Shown here: in pieces, positions 30,331-41,770 of the stretch
How positions within the stretch are numbered: the stretch's first letter is position 1
Layout: every line of letters starts with the position of its first letter
Assembly: GCA_963514005.1 (NCBI GenBank)
Contig: OY740811.1
Span: 27,714,001 to 27,778,000 of the forward strand
Direction: 5' to 3'
Source: Raja brachyura
Taxonomy: Eukaryota
DNA: 64,000 bases
Notes under the pieces: generated by a model
Seen by the model: the letters and a program-made list of their open reading frames with translations, nothing else
Told to the model about the DNA's origin: nothing
Databases searched by the model: none
Translations under genes and position numbers: made by a program

Positions 30331-30662
30331 GCAAGCGCCTTCAAGCTCCATGTCCTCATCTAAAACACATCGAACAACATTACATGAATCATCAACCAGA
30401 ATGCCATTCACAACTAAGATGACTACAAGTAAAATTAATTCCCTCAGTTCAGTTCATTCAACGTCGAAAGTTTCAACACATCCATATACTGTATCATCTA
30501 CCCTGGCTCCAGCACTGGACTACTGCAGTAGATGCAGTTGCCTGAATGGAGGTATTTGTAATTCAAGTGCAACAACAAAAGATCACTGCGTGTGTGATTG
30601 TCCTACAGATACTTATGGTACTTCTTGTGAATATGGACTTAACAATACCCTTGCTGTACCCG
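2..30662 (+). CDS. Giant mucin exon (5' end outside window): PTS tandem-repeat domain plus EGF-like domain of a MUC3/MUC12/MUC17-like transmembrane mucin
   Basis: Frame is open from position 2 (the track start at 134 is an internal GTG). About 10,200 codons of Ser/Thr/Pro-rich sequence without a stop. Ends with CSRCSCLNGGICNSSATTKDHCVCDCPTDTYGTSCE (EGF, ~30524-30631), then donor G|GTAAGT at 30662/30663 (phase 1). Confidence 0.95.
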
Positions 30663-31075
30663 GTAAGTAAATTGCATTATTGTGGAATTTGAATGTCATA
30701 AATGTTGATATTTATATTCTGCCCATATAGCTTAATAAGAGAATACAACATGTAGTCAAATGTAGTTAATCTGACAACTGGGAAGGTTATTGTACATGTG
30801 ATCGCCACCAATGGGGATTGTGAAATTTGAACCGACGTTAAAATGCCTCAGCATAGCTTGGGAAAACAATGAGCAAACACCCCATTTCCTGATTGCTTTC
30901 TGTTTTTGTGGACATCAGGACTGAACGGATCAGGTTTCTGATTCAGCCTGTAGCGATTTCTCCCTATTTTACATAGAAAGATTGTCCTTTCAATAAGCAG
31001 TTGTCGAGGCATAACTGACCACATGGCTGGGATTGTTCCAATGTGTGTAGCTTTTCTGGTCTTCTTTTGCTGCAG

Positions 31076-31197
31076 GTCCAAACACACCAAAGAGAGAAGT
31101 TATTCTCAGATTTCGGATAAACGGTACCTGGGATGAACTGTGGAAAAACACTTCAAGCGTGCAATATAGAACGTATGTTCAACTTTTGATTGCAGAG
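31076..31197 (+). CDS. Mucin exon: start of SEA domain
   Basis: Pyrimidine tract + TGCAG acceptor. Phase 1 join gives GPNTPKREVILRFRINGTWDELWKNTSSVQYRTYVQLLIAE; donor GTTGGT. Confidence 0.88.
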
Positions 31198-31569
31198 GTT
31201 GGTATAGATGTCTTGAATTCATCTTGATGTCTTGATGTTTAGATTCATCAATACTTCAAATACACTTATATAATACATACTGTATCTTAAAAACTGATTT
31301 GTTATTAAATTATCTTTTTAGACTCGTGACATTATTCTGTAGCATTGTTTAGATAAAACCTGTCAGATTTACAGTAAAACAGTGACATGTTGAAGATTCT
31401 ATTCTGCGTGAGAATAAATAGCTAAAATAATTATTATCACTGCATTTTATACCACAATGTAAATTACTGAAAACAAACATTTACCTAGCCCCTGTCATCT
31501 TTACAAGCCAGTAAACTTTTTATGCCTGTGTTTAGCAAAAATAGTTGGTCGTCCTGGTAACCCAAACTA

Positions 31570-32560
31570 AAATACTGCAGATGCTGAAAAACTGAAATGA
31601 AATCAGAAAATGCTGGGAATATTCTGCGAGTCTGGCAGCAACTGGAGTTTATATTTCAGCTTTGTGATCTTTTATTGGTACACTAAAAAGTTAAAAATAA
31701 AATGAGTTTGATGCTGTAGAGTGAAAGGGAAAGGAAGGAAAGAATAAAGAGAAAGACTGTGATAGAGTGGCAATCAGGAGAAATTGAATGAGGCAATGTG
31801 ATGGTGCTAGCAAGAGGGTTGTAAACGCATGTCTGGAAATGGAAGGTGATGAACAAAATCTGAAATACCATCAGAGAAGTACGAAAAACTGAAAGCTGAT
31901 CATGGTAAACCCAATAATAGAGAGACTGACCAAATGAAATTGTTGAATTTCATTATACTCAAGTCAAAAGATGGGGCAACATTCCTTAAGCCTTTCTTGA
32001 GCTCTTTGGAACAATGCAGGAGGTCAATGCTAGAGAAGCCCAGCGCTGGGTTGTCGTGTTCATTGAGAAGCTTTCTGCAAAATGCTCTCTCTATCTACAT
32101 TTAGTTTCTCCAATATAGAAGAGGCCATATTATGAGTACTAAAATGCAGGATACTGTTCCACTTTCACGACCTAATTCACGACCTCTGCCGAGTTTGCCT
32201 TTGCCTCATACTCGCAGCATGGTAGTCACGAGGCCCTAGGAGGTCGGAGGAGGTCGTAGGTAGGTCGTAGGTAGGTCGTAGCAGGTCGTGATGCTAGTCG
32301 TAGGTACTCGTGGCATCAAGTAGGTCGGGACTTTTTTCCAACATGATCAAAAATGTCCACGAGTATAAAAGGTCGTGAATTAGGTCGTGAAAGTGGGACA
32401 AGCCCTTAAGTTACAGGAATTGCAACTACATCACAGCTAGGAATAATGTCTGGTCCATGAATGACGGGGCAGGGTGGTGGGGATGGTTGGTGGGGGGGGG
32501 GGGGGGGGGGGGGTGGACGAACACAAAGATCAGGTGTTGCATTTACGCTTTTATCTTCCC
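31570..32560 (-). mobile_element. Decayed Penelope-like element fragment (GIY-YIG region plus terminal repeat), interrupted by a MITE
   Basis: Minus strand near 32070-32130 reads LFYIGETKCR*REHFAES; RKCNT near 32535-32550; a 'ctgcagatgctg...aaaatgctgg' terminal motif at ~31575 is shared with other PLE ends in the window. Confidence 0.55.
32155..32405. mobile_element. Non-autonomous DNA transposon (MITE)
   Basis: 31-bp inverted repeats at 32155-32185 (tgttccactttcacgacctaattcacgacct) and 32370-32400 with one mismatch; internal aggtcgt(a/g) repeats; right end ...gtgggacaagccc followed by TTAA. Confidence 0.8.
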
Positions 32561-32754
32561 TCATCCTGTCAACCTGTCAAGGGATGCAAACACTCTTTAG
32601 GCTTGGTTTTATTATGTGTACCGATGTACAGTAAAAAACGTTGTTTTGCATGCTATCTTATTATAACATATTAACAATCAAGCCAAATTCAGATCCAATA
32701 AGTCAGGCAAATGGGGAGGTTGAGTGGTGTGGGCTGAATCACCTGCATCTCTTT

Positions 32755-32909
32755 AAAAGAATCAATGAAACAGGAAAGAACGACTGGAGGATTCATTTTT
32801 GCTATCTACTGCTTAAAGTTCTACTCCTCCCTGCGTAAGTTCTACTCCACCCTGTGTAGTAAAGGCCATAATAAGTTGGACATTGGAAATGTTTGAAATT
32901 GCCATTACA
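32755..32909 (+). repeat. Partial 5' LTR (R/U5 part) of the BEL element
   Basis: Diverged direct repeat of 38850-38987 (aaagaatcaatgaaac...gctatctactgc...ttggacattgg...gaaattg); ends in CA. Confidence 0.75.
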
Positions 32910-35384
32910 GTAAAGTAAAAACTGCTCTCTATGAGTGGAACTGAAGCTTGGAAAACTGGAACAGATCTGCCTGACGCCGTCAACTTGACAAGGTCACCAC
33001 CTGCACCAAGCTGAATAACGAAGATTGGAAACTTCGAAAGCCAACGCGCAGGGAATCGTGAGTAAAAGTACAGCATTAAGCTTTAAGAACGGCTACTTTC
33101 AGTCGTATTGGCCAAGATGGCTGTATTAGAATGGCTACTTTAAGCTTTATTGGAAAAGCTAAAGGTACAGCTGAAGGAACTGCAGAAGCTTTATTGGAAA
33201 AGCTATACGAGAAGCTGCAAGTATCTGTATTGAGCATGACTGTTTCTATGGAAACATGTACGGTGACCTTGAAAATCTCTACAATATCTTTGTTTTGAAA
33301 TACCAGCCACAGATTGTTTTGAATTCCAGTCTGGAAGCATACGTCATTACGTCAACGCATCTACGTCCACACGTCTTAAAGGGATAGTGCGCCAAAGCTC
33401 AGCGACAAGAGGGCAAAATGGAACAGGATTCTGGAAAATATGAAAGAAGAACCATTAAACTCACCGACAAAGGCCAGGTATTGCTGTTGGAAAGATATGA
33501 GAAGTCAAGAAACGCGTTCTGTAAACAAGCTGTCAAGCTAATTACAAAGCTGAAGGAGCTCATGAAATTAGATGAAAATGTGAAAGAACTACAATCTAAC
33601 CTGGTTCAATTAACTGAGCTCTGCAATTAAGTCAGAAAATACCACACGTCATTGCTGGAAATACCAATGCCTGAAGAGGAGCTTGAAAGGCGAGATCAGT
33701 GGTTTAAAAAAAGAATGGAATCTTTTAATGGTTTTATACAAGATGTGGAAAGGTGGTTATCTGAAGATGGACAGCAAACTACACACTCCATAGTTGAAGG
33801 TGCCTTACAACAGAGTGTTGTAGAATCCGAAATTGGACCTGAAGACAGTATTTCAAATGTCTCAAGCCAAATATCAAGCCACAAATCTGGTTCTGCATCA
33901 TGTGCATCTTCAAAGGCCTCTGCGTGCATAAAAAGCGCAGGCAGAAGAGACTGCTTATTTAGCCTGGGTTGCCCCCTTGAACAAGAAGCACAAAGGAGCA
34001 ATGGAAAAGAGAGATTGTGCTGGCAGCAACCAGTACCACACTTGAGCTTGAGGCACAAGATAAATATTTTAAAAGAAAGATGTAACAGCTGGAACTGGAG
34101 ATGGAGCTGGCAGCAACCAATGCAAGGTTCAATGTACTTGAGGCCAAGAGATCAAGAAGAAGTGGTCATACATTGGAGCTGTGTCCACAGATCGAGGCCA
34201 AGAAGGAGCACAGAGAAAGGACAGACTTCTTAAAGGAGAAGGGAGTCGGCTTTGGATGTTTGAAGAAAGGACACATGAGTAGAGACTGCAAGAGTCGTAT
34301 GACTTGTGATGTGTGCAAACAAGATCATCCTGAAATACTTCACACTGAACAGAAGAACACAGAGAATAAGCCAGAACATACAGAACAGAATGAGAAGCCA
34401 ACTGCGAGTGATGCTGTTTTCTCATCTAAGATGTGTGCGCATATTGGGGCCGGTGAAGAAACCAGTATCTTCTCCATCTTGCCGGTACAGGTAAAGAGCC
34501 ACAAGGGGGACACGGTGTTGCAAACATACGCCTTTTTGGGTCACGGAAGTTCAACTACCTTTTGCACAGAAAGCTTGGTGAGAAGGCTGAACATTACAGG
34601 TCAAAAGACTAAGATTCTCTTGAGTACCATGAATGAAGAGAAGTCTGTGTTCAGTCATCATATCTCAGGTTTGGAAATATCTAGTCTGAACAAAGACAAC
34701 TTTATACAGCTATCTGATGTGTTCACACATAAGACCATGCCTGTTTCTAAACTAAACATTTCCAAGCAGGAAGGCATGAAACAATGGCCTTACTTCAAGG
34801 ATATCAAGATTCCTAAAATAGAATCTGGCATCGACCTACTCATCGGAACAAATGCTTCAAAGGTATTGGAACCTTGGGAGCTGGTCAACAGCCAAGGGGA
34901 AGGACCATTTGCCGTAAATACACTACTCAGATGGGTCATCTATGGTCCCCAGCGAAGAGACAACGAAAGCAAGGATGTAAATAGCTGTCCTGCTGCTGCT
35001 GTCAATTGAATATCTACTGTAAACTTAGAGGAGCTGCTGGTCAAGCAATACAATCATGACTTCAGTGAAAGAACCAGCAAGGAAGCAGAAGAAATGCCCA
35101 GAGAAGTGGTAAAGTTGGATATTATGAATCATTCAGTAAAGATGATAGATGGATACTATTGTCTAGACTTACCTTTCAAACAATAAAGCTTCAGTTTGCT
35201 GAATAACCGTTGCATTGCAGTGCAGCGCATCCAGAACCTGAAACACAGGTTTGGCAAGAATAAGAAATCCCTTGATGAATATACATCTTTCCTCACATAA
35301 TTGATTGATAATGGTTATGCTGCAATGGTACCAGTGGACCAGCTGTATTGAAGTGATGGAGAGCACTTGTAAATCCCACACCAT

Positions 35385-35805
35385 AGAAACATAGAAAAAT
35401 AGGTGCAGGAGTAGGCCATTCGGCCCTTCGAGCCTGCACCGCCATTCAATGTGATCATGGCTGATCATCCAACTCAGTATCCCGTACCTGCCTTCTCTCC
35501 ATACCCCCTGATCCCTTTAGCCACAAGTGCCACATCTAACGCCCTCTTAAATATAGCCAATGAACTGGCCTCAACTACCTTCTGTGGCAGAGAATTCCAG
35601 AGACTCACCACTCTCTGTGTAAAGAATGTTTTCCTCATCTTGGTCCTAAAGGAATTCCCCCTTATCCTTAGACTGTGACCCCTTGTTCTGGACTCCCCCA
35701 ACATCGGGAACAATCTTCCAGCATCGAGCCTGTCCAACCCCTTAAGAATTTTGTAAGTTTCTATAAGATCCCCCCTCAATCTTCTAAATTCCAGCGAGTA
35801 CAACC
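35385..35805 (-). mobile_element. 5'-truncated CR1 LINE inserted in the BEL pol gene
   Basis: ORF2 C-terminus GLYSLEFRRLRGDLIETYKILKGLD...RTRGHSL; 3' tail (TTTCTATG)2; flanked by a CACCAT duplication that splits BEL codons IPHH|GGYH. Confidence 0.93.
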
Positions 35806-38677
35806 CACCATGGGGGGTATCACTCAAGGAAAGGGACCTTGAGGGCGGTCTTTGACTGTGGGGCAGTCTTCAAAGGAACATTACTTAACTGCCAACTGTT
35901 GCGGGGTCCAGACCTTCCAGTTCTCATCAGATTCAGACAAGAACCGGTTGCATTGATGGCTGATATCAAAGCAATGTTTCATCAAGTCAAGGTATCAGAA
36001 AAGCATAGTGACTATTTGCGATTCCTGTGGTGGCCCGAGGATGATCTGAAACAAGATCTTATTGAATATCGGATGAAGTTACATCTTTTTGGAGCAGTGC
36101 CATCACCAAGTTTTGCAAACTTTGCATTAAGGAAGACTGCTGAGGACAACTAAGCTTATTTCCCAGAAGAGGTGACAAACACAGTAAAGAACAACTTCTA
36201 TGTAGATGATTGTTTAAAGTCCATGTCTTCGGAACAAGAAGCAATTCAATTGGCAGCACACCTGACTTCCCTCTGCCAAATGGGAGGATTCATGCTGTCA
36301 GAGTGGATGAGCAACAGCCGTGCTTTATTGGCATCCATTCCACAAGAAAAGAGACCAAGGAGATCAGGAAGTTGGACTTGGACAAAATCAATCAGCCTAT
36401 GGAAAGAGCACTGGGGTTGCACTGGTGTGTTGAAGCAGATGTGTTCAAGTTCAGAATTACGGTACAGGAACGACGATACACCCGATGGGATATCTTATCC
36501 GTAGTTAGCTCTATATACGATCTTTTTGTATTTCTTGCACCATTTACTCTGCCAGCCAAGCTGATTATGCAGGAGCTTTGTAAGGAAAAACTAGGATGGG
36601 ATGAGAACATATCGCTAACCTTCTCTCAGCGATGGACAGGATGGTTAGCAGATCTCAATAAGAAGTCAGAATTTAAAGTGAACCAGTGGACCAGTACTGA
36701 TGTATCACAGTGGAGATACTTTGCCACAAAGGAAAATCCGACGGATGAAGCCCTGGAGGAATAACAGCAGACTGCTTCTTTAGCAGTAAAAAATGGATCA
36801 AGGGACCAGAGTTTCTCTGTAAGCCTGACAGAGAATGGCCAAAGCTTAACCTGGAATCAGCAATCTCTGCTCATGATCCGGAAATCAAGCAAGACATCAC
36901 AGTGAACGTCATTGTCAAGGATCCATGGCACTATTTAATTACCCATCATGAAGTAAGCTGAAGACTGTGGCAGCTTGGTTTCTTAAACTATGGACAATGC
37001 TCTTGCTTTTGACTTGAAAAAGAAAGGATAGGTATCTTTGAAAAAGATCTTGGCAAACTAAAGGAAAAGGTTGATAAAGGGATGCAAGTCTTTAAAGCAT
37101 CAGTCTGCGGACAGCGTTTATGTCCTGATGATCTTCTCAAAGCAGAAAACGCAATTATCTCTTTCTGTCAAAGACAAAGATTCAAAGAAGAGCTATCAAC
37201 ATTAAAAGCTGGTAAACATGGAGTCAAAAGCAGTCATTTGTACAACCTAGATCCGGTTCTGGATGAAGGACTTCTGAGAGTAGGTGGTCGCCTGAATAGA
37301 CTAGTGATGCCTGAAGAGGCTAAGCATCCTATTATTCTTTCGAAGGACTTTCACATATCAACACTACTGTTACGACATATCCATGAATAGCTCAGACATG
37401 GAGGAAGATATTATATGCTGTCGCGACTCCATAAAAGATATGGGATTATCAAAGCTAACTCTGCTGCAAGGAAGGTCATAACAAACTGTGTTGTGTGTGG
37501 ATGACAGCGGGGAACAGTTGGAGAACAAACAATGGCAGACTTGCCCTTGGAGAGGATTCTACCAGACAAGCCTCCATTTACAGATGTAAGAGTAGACTAC
37601 TTCAGTCCAATAGAGATCAAGAGAGGATGAAGTCTTGTTAAAAGGTATGGTGTAATCTTCACTTGCATGACAAGCAGGGCAGTACATCTTGAAGTTGCAT
37701 CTACACTTGACACAGACTCCTACATTCATGCTTTACAAAGTTTCATCTGTCGACGAGGTCAAGTTTCATCTTTAAGATCAGACAAAGGCACAAATTTTAT
37801 CGGAGCAGAAAGTGAATTGAGAGAAGCACTCGATGGCTTAAATCAGAATAAGATCCAGAATGCTATGCTTCAGCGAGGGCTAAGGTGGGACTTTAATTCC
37901 CCCAGCAGGATCCCATCATGGCGGTGTTTGGGAACGATTGATTCGTATGGTTCAAAATGTGCTGAGCTCTGTTCTTAAACAACAATTCTGGACGATGAAG
38001 GAATGCAAACGTTATTTTGTGAAATTGAAGCAATTTTAAATGATTGACTCATTACCAAGAGTTCTGATGATCTAAAGGACCTGGAAGCACTTACACCAAA
38101 CCATCTTCTTCTGTTGAAAACCAATCCAATACTACCAGCCGGACTCTTCGTGAAGGAAGATGTGTACATTAAACGCAGATGGAGACAGGTACAATATATG
38201 GCAGACCATTTTGGAAATGGTAGACACAAGAATACTTGCCTCTAATCCAAGAACGACAACGATGGTCCAGGGTAAGAAGAAGCTTTATTCCAGGCGACAT
38301 TGTTTTGATGGTTGATTCAATTGCACCATGAGGCTCCTGGCTGATGGGCAGAATATTGGAGATGGTACCAGACGCAAAAAGCCTTGCGCGTACAGTACAA
38401 CCTGCGAGTAAGAACAACATCTTATCGGTAAGACCGATAACTAAGATATGTCAGCTCCAAGAAGAAGATTGAATAATCACTAAAGAAGTTTGAATGCCAA
38501 CACATCGTGCATACCTTTTGTTTTTGATAATATGTTAAGCTAATATGTATTATGTATGCTAATATGATAATATGTATGAGCCATTCATGCTTAGGCTAGT
38601 TACTGTTAGCATATTTTATTATTTTGTCTGGATATTTTTTGCAGAATTATTTTGAACGCAGGGGTGGGCTTTTGATA

Positions 38678-38987
38678 TGTAGATGAACGCTACATATAGC
38701 GTAGTCACAGGGAGAGGCTAGATCAGACTGGTGCGAGCACGGGAGAAAGAATACAGTTCAGCTAGATCAGACAGTAAGAACAGAAAGCTATAATTTGGAT
38801 AAGAATAAAGAGGATCTGGCATGTTCACTTCTTTGTACAACAACTTCAATAAAGAATCAATGAAACTCGAAAGAACGACAGGAGGATTTTATTTTTGCTA
38901 TCTACTGCATACGTTCTACTCCTCCATGCCCGTGTAGTAACGGCAATAATCATTTGGACATTGGCAATGCTTGAAATTGTCATTGCA
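38678..38987 (+). repeat. 3' LTR of the BEL element
   Basis: Follows a purine-rich tract (aggggtggg ~38660); TG...CA boundaries; contains AATAAA; 3' part matches the 5' repeat. The 5' boundary is uncertain. Confidence 0.65.
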
Positions 38988-40238
38988 GTATTGTATAAAA
39001 AAAGTAGAAATAAGGAACTGCAGTTGCTGGTTTGCAAGCATGTTCAATATCCGCAATGGGGTAGAGGTGAATTGAACAGTACTCAAGCTTATGGAGGACT
39101 GTGCAGAATCCTGATCAAAGAGGGAAAGAAGCTGTTCCTGAATCTGGTGAAGCACAATTCGAGTTTCTGTATCTTCTGCTCGATTGGAGTAGGGATAAGA
39201 AGGAATGACTGGTGTGGGACAAGTCTTTGATTATGTTTCTCCATTGAAACAGTAATTTGCTTGTATTTCTTTCAATTTGGTGTACTAGATTTGGTGTTCA
39301 CAATGTGGTTTCCCGTACATTGCCAAGACAAAGTGCAGATTAACTTATCCCTTTGCAGACCACCTCCATGTGGTCATGTGATTTTTCAGTTGTCTATCAC
39401 TTTAATTCTCCATAAAATTCTCACACTGACCTCTCTGTCTTTATCATCCATCTCTATTCCAATAAAGTTCATGTAAAGCATGAAATACAGCAACTCATAT
39501 TCCAGCTTGATTCATTTAAAAATCTTGGTGCTTAACACTGAATCACCAGTTTCAGATATTCTGCCCTAAAGGCATTGTATCTAACAATTCTACAAATGCA
39601 GGACCTTTCTTTTTCCCTCCTCTTGTACTTCAGATTTCATTCATCAAAATACACCTTGTATTATGCACTTGCCTTTATCACCCACTTTCAGCTGGTACCA
39701 ACATCTTGAAGAAGAGTTCAGACCTGAAACGTTGCCTCCTGATTCACAGAGGTCCACAGGCAGTTTGTTTTTGACTAATTAAATCACTTTATTTCTCCAC
39801 TTTCTGTCTCCATCAGTTTTGTTGTTGCAGTTTCAATTAATTTCATTTCCAACTCCTCTGGTATAAGGTCATCAACCTAAATTGCAAACTCTCCCACAAA
39901 TGCTACCAGATCAGCTGAAAATTCCCAGTATTTTGTTTCTATCTGTCATCTCAGAAACTGGAATACCCATTAATGTGTGGTGTAGCGAGTCATTCCTGGT
40001 ACATATTGTACGTATATTAGTGGCTCAAATTGATCATTTAGATTCCATTCTGTAACTTACTCCCAGGTGTCTGTTATTCCACATATAAAACACCTGAAAT
40101 ACTCAGTAGGTGAACTGTAAATCCCTCCAGGTGTCCAGTTAGTCTTATTTTGAAATTCAGTCGTAGATCATATTCCTGTATCTGTAATTTAATGAATCAT
40201 AGCTTTGTGTGAATTAATTAATTTCTTTTTTTTTCCAG

Positions 40239-40303
40239 CTGACACCATTATACAAAAAGGCCGCACCAGAGCACTTTTACAAAGTAATTATTACTGAACT
40301 CCG
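40239..40303 (+). CDS. Mucin exon: SEA domain middle
   Basis: T-tract + CCAG acceptor; LTPLYKKAAPEHFYKVIITELR; donor GTATGT; phases 0/2 fit neighbours. Confidence 0.88.
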
Positions 40304-41573
40304 GTATGTTATAATAATGAACTTTTGCAAAAGAAATTCCCTTCAATTCGTCAGCTGATAAAATCCTTAAATTTAGCAATTCTTAGAGGTTAACTAAATC
40401 CCGAATACTTGCAATTTTCACACAGTTATTTTGCACAGTTAGGAACCCGACTGTAGAGATGTTTATTCAAGTTCCTGCCTCAGCTGGTGAAGAAAGTTAG
40501 CCATTCACTTCACACACCAAAAGCTGCACATTTAATGTACAATGACGTTAATAATCATCCTGCAGCAATAATTTGGAACAATTAGCCTCATTGTTTTGAA
40601 CTGTTTAGGACAAAATCAGCCAGGCATCCTGATCAGAACCTGCTAACTCCAGGCATTCTTGTGGATTTACCCACAGTTGGATAAATCCACACTGTGCTTG
40701 ATGTCCAAATAGATAGCACATTGTGTTATGGAAGCAGCTCTAGACCGGTGGCAGTAAAGTGGAAAAAAGGAGATGTAGACATTTATAGTCTTTTGTGATT
40801 CAACTCGATTCTTAGTACTTTATATGAAATGACGAGGTTGTAAAATGTAATCATCATCATTATGTAGAAGACATGGCAGCTGATTTGAATTTGGCAAACT
40901 ACCACAATCCTTTAATATTATTTGTCTTAGCCTGAAATATGTATTTCTCTAAGAAAATGAGTCTGAAACATGAGACTGTTGTCACAGATCCAAAGCTACA
41001 CAAAGATCAGTACTGATATATAGACACCAAAAGCTGGAGTAACTCAGCGGGTCGTGCAGCATCTCTGGAGAAAAATAATATGTGACGTTTCGGGTCGAGT
41101 CCCTTCTTTAGACTGTGAGTCAGGGGAGAAGAAAACAAGAGGTGTGATGTGATGGTCATTCAGTCCTCCTGGCGTACCCTTCCATTGAAAGGAATGATCT
41201 TCCCCACAGAATCTTAGTTTCTTCGATGATCACCCAGTCTTTTATGGCAGAACTCTGCCTCAGTTCCAAAGGCCAGCGATCCGAAATGTTTACTCTGTTT
41301 CTCCTTCAACAGATGTTGCCCGAATTGTTGAGTATCTCCAGCATTTCTTGTACTTGTCCTTGCTGTTGTGTGCTCTTTTTACACCTTGTGCATGTTATAT
41401 TGGAATAATGATTCAGGATAGTCCTTTTGCTTTCAACTGAGAAATATGTGCTTTGAGTTGTCCTTTCATTGTTGTATCTGAAGATATGTTCTCTGAGGTG
41501 GTTGTAGTGCCTTGCATATCTTATGAAAATATGGAGATAGCAAAAGTTAACCTTGCATTAACTTTCTCCACAG

Positions 41574-41770
41574 GGAAGGAAGCATTATCATAAAGAGCAA
41601 AGGCCTCTACAACTATACCAATAATCAGACAGAAATCAACTATTTAAACCATCACCTAGCCCAAACACTGCTCACTAATATTAATAATACAGCTACTTTG
41701 AATCAACTCAGATTGGGTGGTAGCAACGTGGAACTCATTGGTATTTATACTCCGGTCCCATCAATCAACA
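41574..41770 (+). CDS. Mucin exon: SEA domain C-half with autoproteolysis motif
   Basis: CACAG acceptor; (R)EGSIIIKSKGLYNYTNNQTEINYLNHHLAQTLL...PVPSIN. GSIII matches the SEA G|SVVV cleavage site; donor GTAAGT. Confidence 0.92.

Larger units (their letters stand above)
32755..38987 (+). mobile_element. Decayed BEL/Pao LTR retrotransposon in mucin intron
   Basis: Broken ORFs in gag-PR-RT-IN order: Cys/His knuckles (GCLKKGHMSRDC, CDVCKQDHPEILH), protease (TYAFLGHGSSTTFC, DLLIG), RT (ADIKAMFHQV, FGAVPSP, NFYVDDCL), integrase (SRAVHLEV...RSDKGTNF, LTPNHLL) ending RPITKICQLQEED* at 38472. Many stops and frameshifts. Confidence 0.93.

Noticed and set aside
246-30359. Recurrent 63/88/172-aa minus-strand and 60-aa alternate-frame ORFs
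   Set aside because: Shadow frames of the A/C-rich Thr/Ser codons, repeated with the 1425-bp unit and made or broken by single variants.
32492-32513. G homopolymers here and at 58736-58754
   Set aside because: Simple runs inside decayed Penelope fragments; length is unreliable and there is no evidence of function.
33418-38472. BEL ORFs as a domesticated gene
   Set aside because: Many stops, frameshifts, core deletions and a LINE insertion.
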